A stretch of 64,000 bases of DNA from NCBI GenBank assembly GCA_963823335.1, contig CAWGLD010000001.1:1944100-2008099 (forward strand). Reading direction: 5' to 3'. Position 1 is the first letter of the stretch; the number at the start of each line of letters is the position of its first letter. Below, piece after piece: positions 11,667-21,712 of this stretch. Origin of the DNA: an uncultured delta proteobacterium (GTDB lineage Bacteria > Desulfobacterota > Desulfobacteria > Desulfobacterales > B30-G6). The translations under genes and the position numbers were made by a program. A model generated the notes under the pieces. It worked only from the letters and a program-made list of their open reading frames with translations. It ran no database searches and had not been told where the DNA came from.

Positions 11667-14113
11667 ATGGGTAAGAAACTGTTCGAACCAATTACAATTA
11701 ACGGCATGGAACTGAAGAATAGAATAGGGTTTCCCCCGTTTCTCAACATGCCTGCCGAAGAGGGCTGCTCCATCAACGATCAGACCATTCGGTGGTTTGA
11801 GGACAGGGCCAGGGGGGGCGCCGGACTCGTGATGACCGGGGCTGTTCTTGTGGGCGAACCGGACCATGAGATGCTCCGATTAATGGGATTGACCCGTGTT
11901 GGTCTGTATGAGGATAAATTTATTGACGGTTTTGCCAGAATGGCCGACGCCGTCCATGCCCATGGCGCCAAGTTCGGTGTTCAGCTGGAAGCAATAGGCA
12001 GTGTCATCACTGGATTTGGACCTTCGCTGCCGCCGTACCCCGACCCTGAAAATCCCACGTCGGACATGCTGAAGATTCATTTTGATTTTGAAATGCCCGT
12101 GTCCGAGATTACCATCGAACAAATAGAGGGGTTTAAACAGGATTTTGCGGATGCGGCCTAAGGGCCAAGACGGCCGGGTGTGACTGTGTGGAACTCCATT
12201 GCGCCCATGGCGGTGCAACCCTGAATTGCGGATTTATCTCTCCTTATTACAACAGACGTACGGACCAGTATGGCGGCAGCTGGGAAAACAGGCTCCGTCT
12301 TTCTACGGAAATCCTCCAGAAAATGAGAGACGCGGTAGGTCCGGATTTCCCCATACTGGTGAGAATTGACAGTGATCAATTGCTGGGGGACAAGGGGATC
12401 ACCTTAAAGGATACCATCGAGCACGTTGTCCCGGCAATGGAGAAAGCCGGAGCGGACTGTCTTGACGTTTCCCAGGGAGACATGCTCCGGTCCGGGCAAG
12501 GTATCCTGATACCCCTGTACTATTCGAGGGGATGTTTTATGGATTATACGGCCCAGGTTAAACAGGCCACCAAATTGCCCGTGATCGGTGTGGGAAGAAT
12601 TGTGGATCTCGACATGGCCGAGCAGCTTCTGGAAGAAGAAAAGGCGGATATGATCTATCTGGGAAGACAGCTCACTTCCGATCCGGATACACCCATTAAA
12701 TATCTGGAGGGGAAGGCGGACGAGATTCGAAAATGCATCGGCTGCAACGTCGCCTGCGGGCCCTGCCCGATTAATTATGAAATACACCAGGAACACACTC
12801 CGCTGACCCCGGCTGAATCTGCTAAAAAGATACTCGTCATCGGCGGTGGTGTCGGGGGAATGGAAGCGGCCCGGGTTTGTGCCCTGAGGGGGCATAACGT
12901 GACGATCATGGAAAGAAATGCCAGGCTTGGCGGCACCGTCGGATCCCTGGCCCTGGACCCGTTGAATGCTGAGTTCGGGAATTTTACCGAGTATCTTGGC
13001 ATTCAGATGGAAAAATTGAATGTGGATGTAAAACTGGGCCAAGAGGCAACTGAAGCCGATATCGATGACCTGAACCCTGACGTGGTGATTCTGGCAACAG
13101 GTGCTTCTTTGAAAATACCTGACGTGGCCAAGGGAAAACCCGGCGTAATCGATCATATCGAGGCCCTGGAGAAAAGGAGTGAAATCGGTCAGCGTGTGGT
13201 CGTTTGGGGGTTGATGTACGGTGCTGAGCTGGCAATCTCCCTTGCCATTGAGGGAAAGGCGGTTACCCTCATTGGGGAGGCGGGTGAAAAAACCATGGCC
13301 AGCCATGCCTCCAACGCACGCAAGGATTGGATCTGGAGAAAACTAACCGATATCAATTATGCCAGGGAAACTCCGGAGACCAAACGGGTGGATAATCCGG
13401 TGGTGAGGCTGAATGTGAAGGTCAAGGGTATAACGCCTGATGGGATAGAGATTGAAGACAAGGATGGCACCAAAAGTATTTTACCCTATGACACGCTCGT
13501 CATTTCGAGGGGCAGAAAGAAAAACGACTCACTTTATGAAAAAATCGAGGGCAAGACGGCTGACGTCTATAAAATAGGAGACTGTGCCGCTGCAGGGGAT
13601 ATTCAGAAAGCAGTCTGGAGCGCCAACGAGGTGACCCGCAAAATAGGGATGCCGGGTACGACACAGGCAGATGAAAGTGGATCCGCTGCGACTGGGCCAA
13701 CCCTGAGTCCGAATGAGTTCAAGAAGCTCTTTACCGCAAAGACCAACGAAGAGATATTGACCCTGACCAAGGGCAATGAGGAAACACTGCTGGACGGCGT
13801 GTTCGACGCTATGAAGGCGGGTTTTAACCCTTCCAAGGCTGCTGGTCAGAGTGCGGTGATTCAATACATCATCGACAGCCCCGCCGGAGAGATGCACTAC
13901 CACCTGAACGTGGAAGAGGGGGCCTGCGGTCTGGCAAAGGGACCTGCCGAAAACCCGCGGGTGACCCTGGCCTTCAGCCTGCCTAATTTTTTGCGTATGG
14001 TCACCGGCGAATTGAACGGCATGCAGGCATTCACGTCCGGCAAGTTGAAGATTACAGGAGATCTAATGTTTTCCCAGGTTCTGGCCACTTGGTTCAGTGG
14101 GCCTGGTGAATAA
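11667..14113 (+). CDS. Old Yellow Enzyme / 2,4-dienoyl-CoA reductase-like flavoprotein fused to a C-terminal SCP2 sterol-carrier domain (frameshift near 12158)
   Basis: LFEPITINGMELKNRI, RARGGAGLV, NRRTDQYGGSWENRLR, CIGCNVAC, IGGGVGGMEAA; C-terminal GELNGMQAFTSGKLKITGDLM. Confidence 0.88.
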
Positions 14114-14177
14114 ATGTAAGCCTTAAGCTATAGGCCGCTAACAGCTAACAGCTTATCGCCTTGCAAAGGAGTAAATA

Positions 14178-14702
14178 ATGGCCCGTGTAAAACTGCTGGA
14201 GAAAGCAGAAGTGGATCCAACAACAAGAGAGATGTATCAGAAGATCGAGGACAACGGCGGTGAAGTCATCAACCTGCTCAAGGCCCTGGCGCACAGCCCC
14301 AAAATTTTTCGCGATTGGAACCGCCTGGGGATTACATTGCTGCTAAAGGGTGATCTGCCACACAAACTGCGGGAGTTGGCTATCCTGCGGGTCGGAGACC
14401 TGGCTAGGGCAAATTATGAATGGACAAAACATGTGCCCATTGCCATGCAGGCCGGCGCCAGACAGGAGCAGATCGATGCGCTCCCCAATTGGGCCGACGC
14501 AAGCTGCTTCGACGAGCAGGAGCGGGCGGTGCTGCAATACACCGACGAGGTGGCCCTGAATATCCGGGCATCCGAGGATACGTTTCAAAAGATCGCAACA
14601 TTTCTCAGCCAAAAGGAGATCATCGAACTGACCACCACCATTGGCTATTACGGGATGGTTTGTCGGACACTGGAATCTTTGCAGATTGAACTGGAAAAAT
14701 AA
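14178..14702 (+). CDS. Carboxymuconolactone decarboxylase/AhpD family protein
   Basis: NLLKALAHSP, LRELAILRVG...YEWTKH, ELTTTIGYY. Confidence 0.85.
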   Translation: MARVKLLEKAEVDPTTREMYQKIEDNGGEVINLLKALAHSPKIFRDWNRLGITLLLKGDLPHKLRELAILRVGDLARANYEWTKHVPIAMQAGARQEQIDALPNWADASCFDEQERAVLQYTDEVALNIRASEDTFQKIATFLSQKEIIELTTTIGYYGMVCRTLESLQIELEK

Positions 14703-14723
14703 AATCGTAGAGACGATTTTATC

Positions 14724-14747
14724 AAAAGCGACGATGTCGCTTTTTTT
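14724..14747 (+). terminator. Rho-independent terminator
   Basis: AAAAGCGAC-GAT-GTCGCTTTTTTT hairpin plus U tract after the CMD gene. Confidence 0.6.
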
Positions 14748-14846
14748 ATAAAAAAACTTAATAAAATATCATAATAACCCATGTTGCCTAATAAGCCCCA
14801 ATCTAAGGCAAACAGCGGGGGATCAGTAAATTTGAAAGGAGAACAG

Positions 14847-16079
14847 ATGCCGTACCGAGAAATTGATTTGAACATCAGCAAGGAAGCGCTGGCCATGCAA
14901 AAAGAGGTACGTGATTTTGCTAAAAAAGTGATGCGGCCTGTGGGCATCGAGTTGGACAAACTGGCGGACCCGGCCGATGTAATTGCCGAGGGCTCCGTGT
15001 TGTGGGATGCGTTCAAAGCCTATCGCGATCTGGATCTTCACCTTCTGGGAATGCCGAAAGCGTTTGGAGGCATGGCCGAAGATCTGGACCCCATGGCGGC
15101 TTACCTCATCGGTGAGGAAATGGGCTATGGCGACGTTGGATTGGCTGTGAGTCTGGGTGTTTCCAACATGCCCTTCAATTTTGCATCCCTTTTCCAGCAT
15201 GTGCCGGAATTGAAACAGATGGCTCATGACTACTGCGAAGACAAAACGGGTCAGATGATCGGATGCTGGGCCATTACAGAACCGGACCACGGCGGCGATT
15301 GGTCGCTTGGGGGTGAAAACCCCAAATGCGGACCATCCGTGACCGGGGTCCTCAAGGGAGATGAATATATCGTCAATGGGGAGAAATCGGCCTGGGTATC
15401 CAACGGCACTCTTGCCACCCATGCGGTTTTGCATGTGGGTCTGGTTCCAGAAAAAGGCATGGCCGGCTCGGGGTTGGCTATCATTCCTCTGGATCTGCCG
15501 GGTATTTCCAAAGATAAACCGTTGGACAAAATGGGTCAGCGTCCCTTGAACCAGGGCTCTATTATTTTCAAAGATGCGTGTATTCCCAAACAGTACATGG
15601 TCATTGGGGAAGAGGCCATAGAATTTATGGTGGGTATGGGTGAAACCATTCTGTCAGGTGCAAATGGCGGTATGGCGGTTATATATGCCGGACTGGCCAA
15701 GGCGGCCTTTGAGGAAGCTTTTCGATATTCCCAGGAGCGTATACAAGGAGGCGTGCCCATTTTCGAGCACCAGAACATCAAGCTGAAACTGTTCAAGATG
15801 TTTACCATGGTGGAGGCAATTCGTGCCAATTCCCGCCGGATGGCTCTGTACAATGCCGCCCATCCGGAGGCACCATCCGGCACACACGCTGTGGCGGCCA
15901 AATGCCTGGCCACGGAGACGGCTACCTTTGTGGCCAGCGAAGCCATGCAGATTTTTGGAGGGAATGGGTTGGCCAAAGAATACCCCATCGAAAAGATGTA
16001 CCGGGATGCCCGGGCGGGTATGATCGAAGACGGTGTCAATGAGACCTTGTCGCTGGCGGCGGTGGAGTTTCTCGTTTAA
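14847..16079 (+). CDS. Acyl-CoA dehydrogenase
   Basis: CWAITEPDHGGD, NGEKSAWVSNG, ERIQGGVPIFEHQ, MQIFGGNG, IEDGVNE. Confidence 0.93.
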   Translation: MPYREIDLNISKEALAMQKEVRDFAKKVMRPVGIELDKLADPADVIAEGSVLWDAFKAYRDLDLHLLGMPKAFGGMAEDLDPMAAYLIGEEMGYGDVGLAVSLGVSNMPFNFASLFQHVPELKQMAHDYCEDKTGQMIGCWAITEPDHGGDWSLGGENPKCGPSVTGVLKGDEYIVNGEKSAWVSNGTLATHAVLHVGLVPEKGMAGSGLAIIPLDLPGISKDKPLDKMGQRPLNQGSIIFKDACIPKQYMVIGEEAIEFMVGMGETILSGANGGMAVIYAGLAKAAFEEAFRYSQERIQGGVPIFEHQNIKLKLFKMFTMVEAIRANSRRMALYNAAHPEAPSGTHAVAAKCLATETATFVASEAMQIFGGNGLAKEYPIEKMYRDARAGMIEDGVNETLSLAAVEFLV

Positions 16080-16155
16080 CAAATTTATGATCAGCTACTC
16101 CCATTCGGGGAGAAACCGGTGCCTCTACGGGGGTATCTATAAATGAGGTGAAAGA

Positions 16156-17430
16156 ATGAGTGACAACGTTTATGTGTACGGCGTGGGGATGATAAAGTTT
16201 GGCAAGCACCTGGATATGGGCGTGAAACAACTGACTGGTGAGGCCCTCAAACTGGTCTTGGCGGACTGCGGACTGGAACGGAAAGCTCTCGAGGCAGCCT
16301 GGTTTTCCAACACCGGTTGGGGTATGTCCGCGTTTCAGCATTCCATTCGAGCCCAGGTGGCGCTTACCGCTAACGGCCTGGACAAGATTTCCATGATCAA
16401 TGTGGAGAATGCCTGCGCCAGCGGCAGCACGGCCCTGCACTCGGGCTGGATGGCCGTCAAGGCAGGTGTCTATGACTGTGTGCTGGCCATCGGTGCCGAA
16501 AAAATGTATTTCGAAGCCAAGACCAAAAAAGACAAGGAAAAATCATTTCAGGGGTTTATTGCAGGCACCGATGTCGAGGAGACCATGAAATGGATCGAGG
16601 CCTGGAAAGCATCCGAGAAAAAAAAGAGGGAAGAGGCAGCCAGTAAGGCCAAAGAACAAGGGATCGGGGTTAAGCAGGAAAAAGGTAAAAAAGGTCATTC
16701 CGTGTTCATGGACTTTTATGCCCAAGGCGCCCGCTCCCACATGAAAAAATACGGCACCACCCAGCGCCAGCTGGCAGCCATCGCCGCCAAGGCCCATAAC
16801 AATTCGACCTTGAACCCCCTGGCACAGTATACCTTTCCCCAGACCATCGAACAGGTTATGCAGGACCGCGAAGTGGCCTTCCCGCTGACCCGGGCCATGT
16901 GCGCGCCCGTTGGAGACGGTGCCGCAGCCGCCATTATCTGCAGCGAGAAGTTTTTGAAGCAACACCCCAGCAAACGGGCCATTCGGATATTGGCATCCAT
17001 CATGAAATCGGGTTCGCGTATCGGTGGTGATGACATCTGCTCCCGGGCGTCCAATGCAGCCTATGAAGCTGCGGGAGTTGGGCCGGAAGACGTGAACGTG
17101 GCAGAAGTTCACGATGCCACGGCCTTTGGTGAACTCCACCAGACCGAACAAATGGGTTTTTGCGCCGTGGGTGAGGGCGGACCACTGGCAGAGAGCGGCG
17201 CCACCGCCATTGGTGGAAAGATCCCGGTCAACACCAGTGGGGGACTTATTTCGCGTGGTCATCCCATCGGCGCATCAGGCCTGGCACAGACTTATGAACT
17301 GGTGACCCAGCTTCGGGGTGAAGCTGGCAAACGACAGGTCGACAGCCCCCGTATTGCCATGGCCGAAAATGGTGGCGGTACCCTGGGGCAGGGAGAGGCG
17401 GCCATGAACATTCATATATATGAAAAATAA
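16156..17430 (+). CDS. Thiolase, SCP-x/lipid-transfer type
   Basis: VENACASGS, AEVHDA, NTSGGLISRGHPIGASG. Confidence 0.92.
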   Translation: MSDNVYVYGVGMIKFGKHLDMGVKQLTGEALKLVLADCGLERKALEAAWFSNTGWGMSAFQHSIRAQVALTANGLDKISMINVENACASGSTALHSGWMAVKAGVYDCVLAIGAEKMYFEAKTKKDKEKSFQGFIAGTDVEETMKWIEAWKASEKKKREEAASKAKEQGIGVKQEKGKKGHSVFMDFYAQGARSHMKKYGTTQRQLAAIAAKAHNNSTLNPLAQYTFPQTIEQVMQDREVAFPLTRAMCAPVGDGAAAAIICSEKFLKQHPSKRAIRILASIMKSGSRIGGDDICSRASNAAYEAAGVGPEDVNVAEVHDATAFGELHQTEQMGFCAVGEGGPLAESGATAIGGKIPVNTSGGLISRGHPIGASGLAQTYELVTQLRGEAGKRQVDSPRIAMAENGGGTLGQGEAAMNIHIYEK

Positions 17431-17503
17431 AATCTTTTATCACGAAATCACGAAAGTACGAAACCACGAAAAAGACCATGAACCGCTTTCGTGTTTTCGT
17501 GAT
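17429..17503. repeat. Inverted 8-mer array (nCACGAAA x4 / TTTCGTGn x2)
   Basis: Directly visible; AAAATCTTTTATCACGAAA also at 26529. Confidence 0.75.
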
Positions 17504-17680
17504 TGTTTTTTAATTTTTTTGCCACAAAAAACACAGATTTCATACTTATACCGCTTGTCATAATAAGGTTCCGAAAATAGGATGGCGGCATAAGGGGTTG
17601 TAGCAGAAAAAAGGTCCGCAATCGGAACGTTTTTCTGACAACCCCTATAAGGGAATAAAACAATCTGAAAGGAGGCAGGT

Positions 17681-19195
17681 ATGAATCTCGTGAAATTAGG
17701 CGAAGAACGCATCGCAAAATTCGGTGAAACCAAGTCATTGGTGTATCAGGACAAGACCTATACCTCCACTCACATATATGAGACGGGGCGCAGACTCGCC
17801 GCAGGGTTGAAATCTCTGGGTGTCGGCCGCGGGGATCATGTTGTGGTCTCCATGCCCAATTCTCCCGAAGTGTTTGCCTGTTTCGGAGCCATTTGGCGTG
17901 TGGGCGCCGTCATCGTTCCCATCATGTTTCTCCTGGGCGAGGATGAGACCCGCTACATCCTGGATCACTCGGATGCCAAGGCGGTCATAACCAGTCAGGA
18001 TCTGCTGGAAAAAATAGATAAGGCCCGTGAAGGTATTGCGCAGATCCGTAATGTCATTGTACTGAACGGTGAAGACCAGGGAGACAGGTTGGATTTTCAT
18101 GGTCTGATAGAGGCAAACGACCCGCTCGAAGCCGTCGAAGAGATGGATGACAACGATGTTGCCCTGATGATCTATACATCCGGAACCACCGGGTGTCCCA
18201 AAGGGGTCATGCTCTCCCACAACAATCTGCACACCAACGCCGTTGCCACCTGGGATGCCGCCAAAACAGACACACCCGATATCACGATTCTGTGTTTGCC
18301 GCTGGCGCACTCGTTCGGTGTCGTTGTCATGAATGCCGGCAATGTGTCTCCTTTCAAAGAGTCTTATAGTGTGCTGCTGACCTGGTTCGATCCCGAAGAA
18401 GTCTTCCGTTTGATTGAGAAACATCGGGCAACCAACTTTATCGGTGTCCCCACCATGTACCAGATCATGCTGCACCACCCGGCTGCCGGGAAATACGATC
18501 TCAGTTCCCTGGCCAAGTGCTCCATCAGCGCGGCCCCGGTTACCGAAGAACTTTATAAGGCTTTTACCAAAAAATTCGACTGCGAGATGTATGAGGGCTA
18601 TGGTCTTACCGAAGCCTCACCTTCTGTTGCCCTCTGCCGTCCGAGCATGCCGTTGAAGAAGGGGTCCACTGGTGTTCCCATACCCGGTGTGGAAGTGAAG
18701 ATATTCGATTCGGAGGACAACGAACTGCCGGTTGGGGAACAGGGGGAAATCGTCGTTCAGGGTCCGAATGTCATGGTTGGGTATTATAAACAGCCGCAAG
18801 AAACAGCGGAGGCCTTGCGTAACGGCTGGCTGCACACCGGTGACATCGGTTATGTTGACGAAGATGGGTATCTTTTTATAACGGACCGCATCAAGGACCT
18901 TGTGATCAAGGGTGGGTACAACATCTACCCGAGTGAAATAGAAGGCTACCTTGAACCCCACCCGTCAATTGCGGAAGTGGCGGTCATCGGTATTCCAGAT
19001 GAAAAATATGGTGAAGCCTTGATGGCCTTCGTTGTAAAAATGCCCGGGGAAGAACTCACCGAATCGGAGGTCATCGATTATGCCACTTCCATAATGACAC
19101 CGTATAAAGCGCCTTCAAGGGTAAAATTTGTTGATGCTTTGCCAAAATCACTGGTGGGAAAAATTCTGAAAAAAGAACTCAGAAAGATGATATAA
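17681..19195 (+). CDS. Long-chain fatty acid-CoA ligase
   Basis: IYTSGTTGCPKGV, EGYGLTE, WLHTGDIG, PKSLVGKILK; GGAGG RBS. Confidence 0.93.
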   Translation: MNLVKLGEERIAKFGETKSLVYQDKTYTSTHIYETGRRLAAGLKSLGVGRGDHVVVSMPNSPEVFACFGAIWRVGAVIVPIMFLLGEDETRYILDHSDAKAVITSQDLLEKIDKAREGIAQIRNVIVLNGEDQGDRLDFHGLIEANDPLEAVEEMDDNDVALMIYTSGTTGCPKGVMLSHNNLHTNAVATWDAAKTDTPDITILCLPLAHSFGVVVMNAGNVSPFKESYSVLLTWFDPEEVFRLIEKHRATNFIGVPTMYQIMLHHPAAGKYDLSSLAKCSISAAPVTEELYKAFTKKFDCEMYEGYGLTEASPSVALCRPSMPLKKGSTGVPIPGVEVKIFDSEDNELPVGEQGEIVVQGPNVMVGYYKQPQETAEALRNGWLHTGDIGYVDEDGYLFITDRIKDLVIKGGYNIYPSEIEGYLEPHPSIAEVAVIGIPDEKYGEALMAFVVKMPGEELTESEVIDYATSIMTPYKAPSRVKFVDALPKSLVGKILKKELRKMI

Positions 19196-19335
19196 ATATA
19201 AGGTTCAATGTCAGGCCATGACGGTGTATATGCCCTATGCGGCCATGAAACCTGAAGAAGGCATCGACACCGCCCTGGATGCAACCAGATTATGTACTGA
19301 TTACGCTATCTGTTCCATGGAAGTCCAGAAAGACA

Positions 19336-19397
19336 CTGGATGCCGGATCAAGTCCGGTATGACGGAGGTTGGCTATTTATTCGCCGGGTTAATAAGA
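19336..19397. repeat. REP-like palindrome (CTGGATGCCGGATCAAGTCCGGTATGAC)
   Basis: Hairpin ATGCCGGA-TCAAG-TCCGGTAT; second copy at 28-78. Confidence 0.75.
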
Positions 19398-19547
19398 CCT
19401 GGCTTTCAAGATATAAGGGCATTCGGCATGCCTAGTAGTTGCCGAAATTTGTTTCGAAAGAAAATCAATTAACACAAAATTTGATGATGACCCACACTGC
19501 AAGCAGTGGGGAATCAGAAAATTTGAAGGGTTTAAAAGGATTTGGTG

Positions 19548-20594
19548 ATGGCAAAACCGATCGAGAAAAGGATGAGTGTTTCAGAGGCTGTCAGCAAATT
19601 TGTAAACGACGGGGATCACCTGGTTATTGGGAACTATACTGTCGGGACATGTATGGAACTGGTGTTTGAGGTTTTGCGACAGGGCAAACATGGCTTTATG
19701 CTCTATTCCCAATCCGGAATCCTGGATGTTGAAATACTGGTGGCAGCCGGCGCAGTGGATCGTCTGGTGACGACATATGTTTTGCGTTCCGGCGGTCGGT
19801 CCGGTGGGTCAGCCGTGGAACGTGCTCTGCAGAATGGCAGCCTGCAAATAGAAGATTATACCAATTACAATTACAATGCCCGGTTAATGGCAGGGATGCA
19901 CGGGTTTTCATTCATGCAGGTTTTCGAAGGGATAATGGTCACCGATCTTTTCAAGAAACGCAGTTTCCTGGGTGAAGACAAATATCGAATCATTAAGTGC
20001 CCCTACACCGGAAAAGACGTGGTGACCGTGCCGGCGGCAAATCCGGACGTTTGCATCCTGCATGTGCAAAGAGCCGATAAATACGGCAATGCCCAATACT
20101 GGGGCGCCATCGGCAGTGTGCCGGCAGCGGCCCTGGCCAGCAAAAGAATCATCATTACCTGTGAAGAGATTGTGGATACCGAGATCATTCGATCCAGTCC
20201 GCATCACACGATCATTCCGGCATTCAGAGCGGACGCGGTTATCGAAGTTCCCTGGGGAGCCCATCCCACTGAAGTGGTGGGGCACTACAACATGGACAGA
20301 CTCATGTACGGCCTGTTTATCATGGCTGCAGCCAAAGGGGACAGTCTGGAAGAATGGATGGATGAGTGGGTTTTCAGCTGTCAAGATCGACAGGCATACA
20401 TCGACCGTTACGTGGAGAAATTTGGAAGCGGCAGGCTCCAAAAACTCAAAGCCAAACCCCTTTATTCGGCACCAGCCAACTATGGTTCTGCCTATCACTC
20501 ACCCTGGGATGAAAACAACAAGGATCGAGCAATGGGAATGACCCTGGAGGAAATCGAAACCCTGATGGAAACAAAGGGCCTGTTATATGAATAA
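19548..20594 (+). CDS. CoA-transferase subunit A (glutaconate/3-oxoadipate GctA/CatI type)
   Basis: EAVSKFVNDGD, CPYTG, PDVCILHVQRADKYGN, PWGAHP. Confidence 0.88.
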   Translation: MAKPIEKRMSVSEAVSKFVNDGDHLVIGNYTVGTCMELVFEVLRQGKHGFMLYSQSGILDVEILVAAGAVDRLVTTYVLRSGGRSGGSAVERALQNGSLQIEDYTNYNYNARLMAGMHGFSFMQVFEGIMVTDLFKKRSFLGEDKYRIIKCPYTGKDVVTVPAANPDVCILHVQRADKYGNAQYWGAIGSVPAAALASKRIIITCEEIVDTEIIRSSPHHTIIPAFRADAVIEVPWGAHPTEVVGHYNMDRLMYGLFIMAAAKGDSLEEWMDEWVFSCQDRQAYIDRYVEKFGSGRLQKLKAKPLYSAPANYGSAYHSPWDENNKDRAMGMTLEEIETLMETKGLLYE

Positions 20595-21402
20595 GAAATA
20601 TACATTAGACGAATTACTGATAATAGCAGTGGCCAGGGAAATCAACAACTACGAGAACATAATACTCGGTGTTGGTTTGCCCACCACGGCCGGTGCCCTG
20701 GCAAAAGCACTTCACGCACCATATGCCAACCTGATGATGGAAGCGGGTGTGATCGACTTTGAACCGCTTATACCGCCAAATCATATTGCCGATGTCATGT
20801 CCTGTAAAGGATATGCATGGGCCACGGATCTTTTCACTACCTTTACCATGACCTACCGCGGTTTTGTGGATGTCTGTTTTCTGGGTGTCGGGCAGATAGA
20901 CAAATTTGGCAATTTAAATACCACATCCATTGGTGATTATTATCGACCGGATTTAAGACTGCCGGGATCGGGCGGCGCAGCTGATTTTATCTCATATGCA
21001 AAACGCACGGTACTCACCATGAGGGGTGGAGAGTTCGTGAACAAGCTTGATTATTTCACTTCCCCTGGCTACTTGGGCGGTGGAGACGCCAGGGATCGCA
21101 CCGGTTTGTTTCCCGAGGGCAGCGGCCCTTCCAGGCTGATAACCCAAAAGGGAATATTTGAATTCGACCCTGTAAGCAAAGAGATGTTTTTGGCTGAAAT
21201 TCATCCGCGAATATCCGTGGAAGATATCCAAAAGGAGATTCCCTGGGATTTAAAAATATCAGAGAGCCTATCGGTGACGAAACGCCCCAGCGATACAGAG
21301 ATCAACTTCATTCGGGCGTTTGCCCCTGCCGCTGCAATGGGAAGGGCCTTGTCAACTGAAGCTGCTTTCGCCAATTTGGTCAAAGAGCTTTCAGCAACAT
21401 AA
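20587..21402 (+). CDS. CoA-transferase subunit B (GctB/CatJ type)
   Basis: GVGLP, LMMEAG (catalytic-type Glu), GQIDKFGNLN, LPGSGGA. Confidence 0.88.
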   Translation: MNKKYTLDELLIIAVAREINNYENIILGVGLPTTAGALAKALHAPYANLMMEAGVIDFEPLIPPNHIADVMSCKGYAWATDLFTTFTMTYRGFVDVCFLGVGQIDKFGNLNTTSIGDYYRPDLRLPGSGGAADFISYAKRTVLTMRGGEFVNKLDYFTSPGYLGGGDARDRTGLFPEGSGPSRLITQKGIFEFDPVSKEMFLAEIHPRISVEDIQKEIPWDLKISESLSVTKRPSDTEINFIRAFAPAAAMGRALSTEAAFANLVKELSAT

Positions 21403-21420
21403 TTCGAAAAGCGGCAGAAA

Positions 21421-21495
21421 TGAACCGCAACAGCGAGCGCATTCCCCGTAGGTTCTGCCGTTCGGCAGTGCTTCGCATGCTGCGAGGTTCTTCAA
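21421..21495 (-). repeat. 75-bp modular palindromic element, copy 2
   Basis: Identical reverse complement of 1553-1627. Confidence 0.95.
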
Positions 21496-21712
21496 TTGCA
21501 AGTAACAAAACGACACATTTGGCTATAGGTACTCGGTCCGAAAATTGAAAAATCTGAGAGGAATACCGGAAATAGTTCTCAAACTATATGCATACCGTAG
21601 ATTTCATTCTTGTAAGAAATCTGGCGTCTGTGATAGAGTCCGTATGGCGTTAGGTGGTGGATATTTGAGGGTATCCCATAAAAACTATTTAAACTCAAAT
21701 TTACAAAGGTAG

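Noticed and set aside
12150-12190. Recoding (selenocysteine or readthrough) in the OYE gene
   Set aside because: The break is TAA with a frame change, fixed by one extra C; not an in-frame TGA
12404-13306. Long antisense ORFs (this one, also 3464-4324, 42378-43370, 49030-49833)
   Set aside because: Shadows of well-supported genes on the opposite strand with no recognisable motifs
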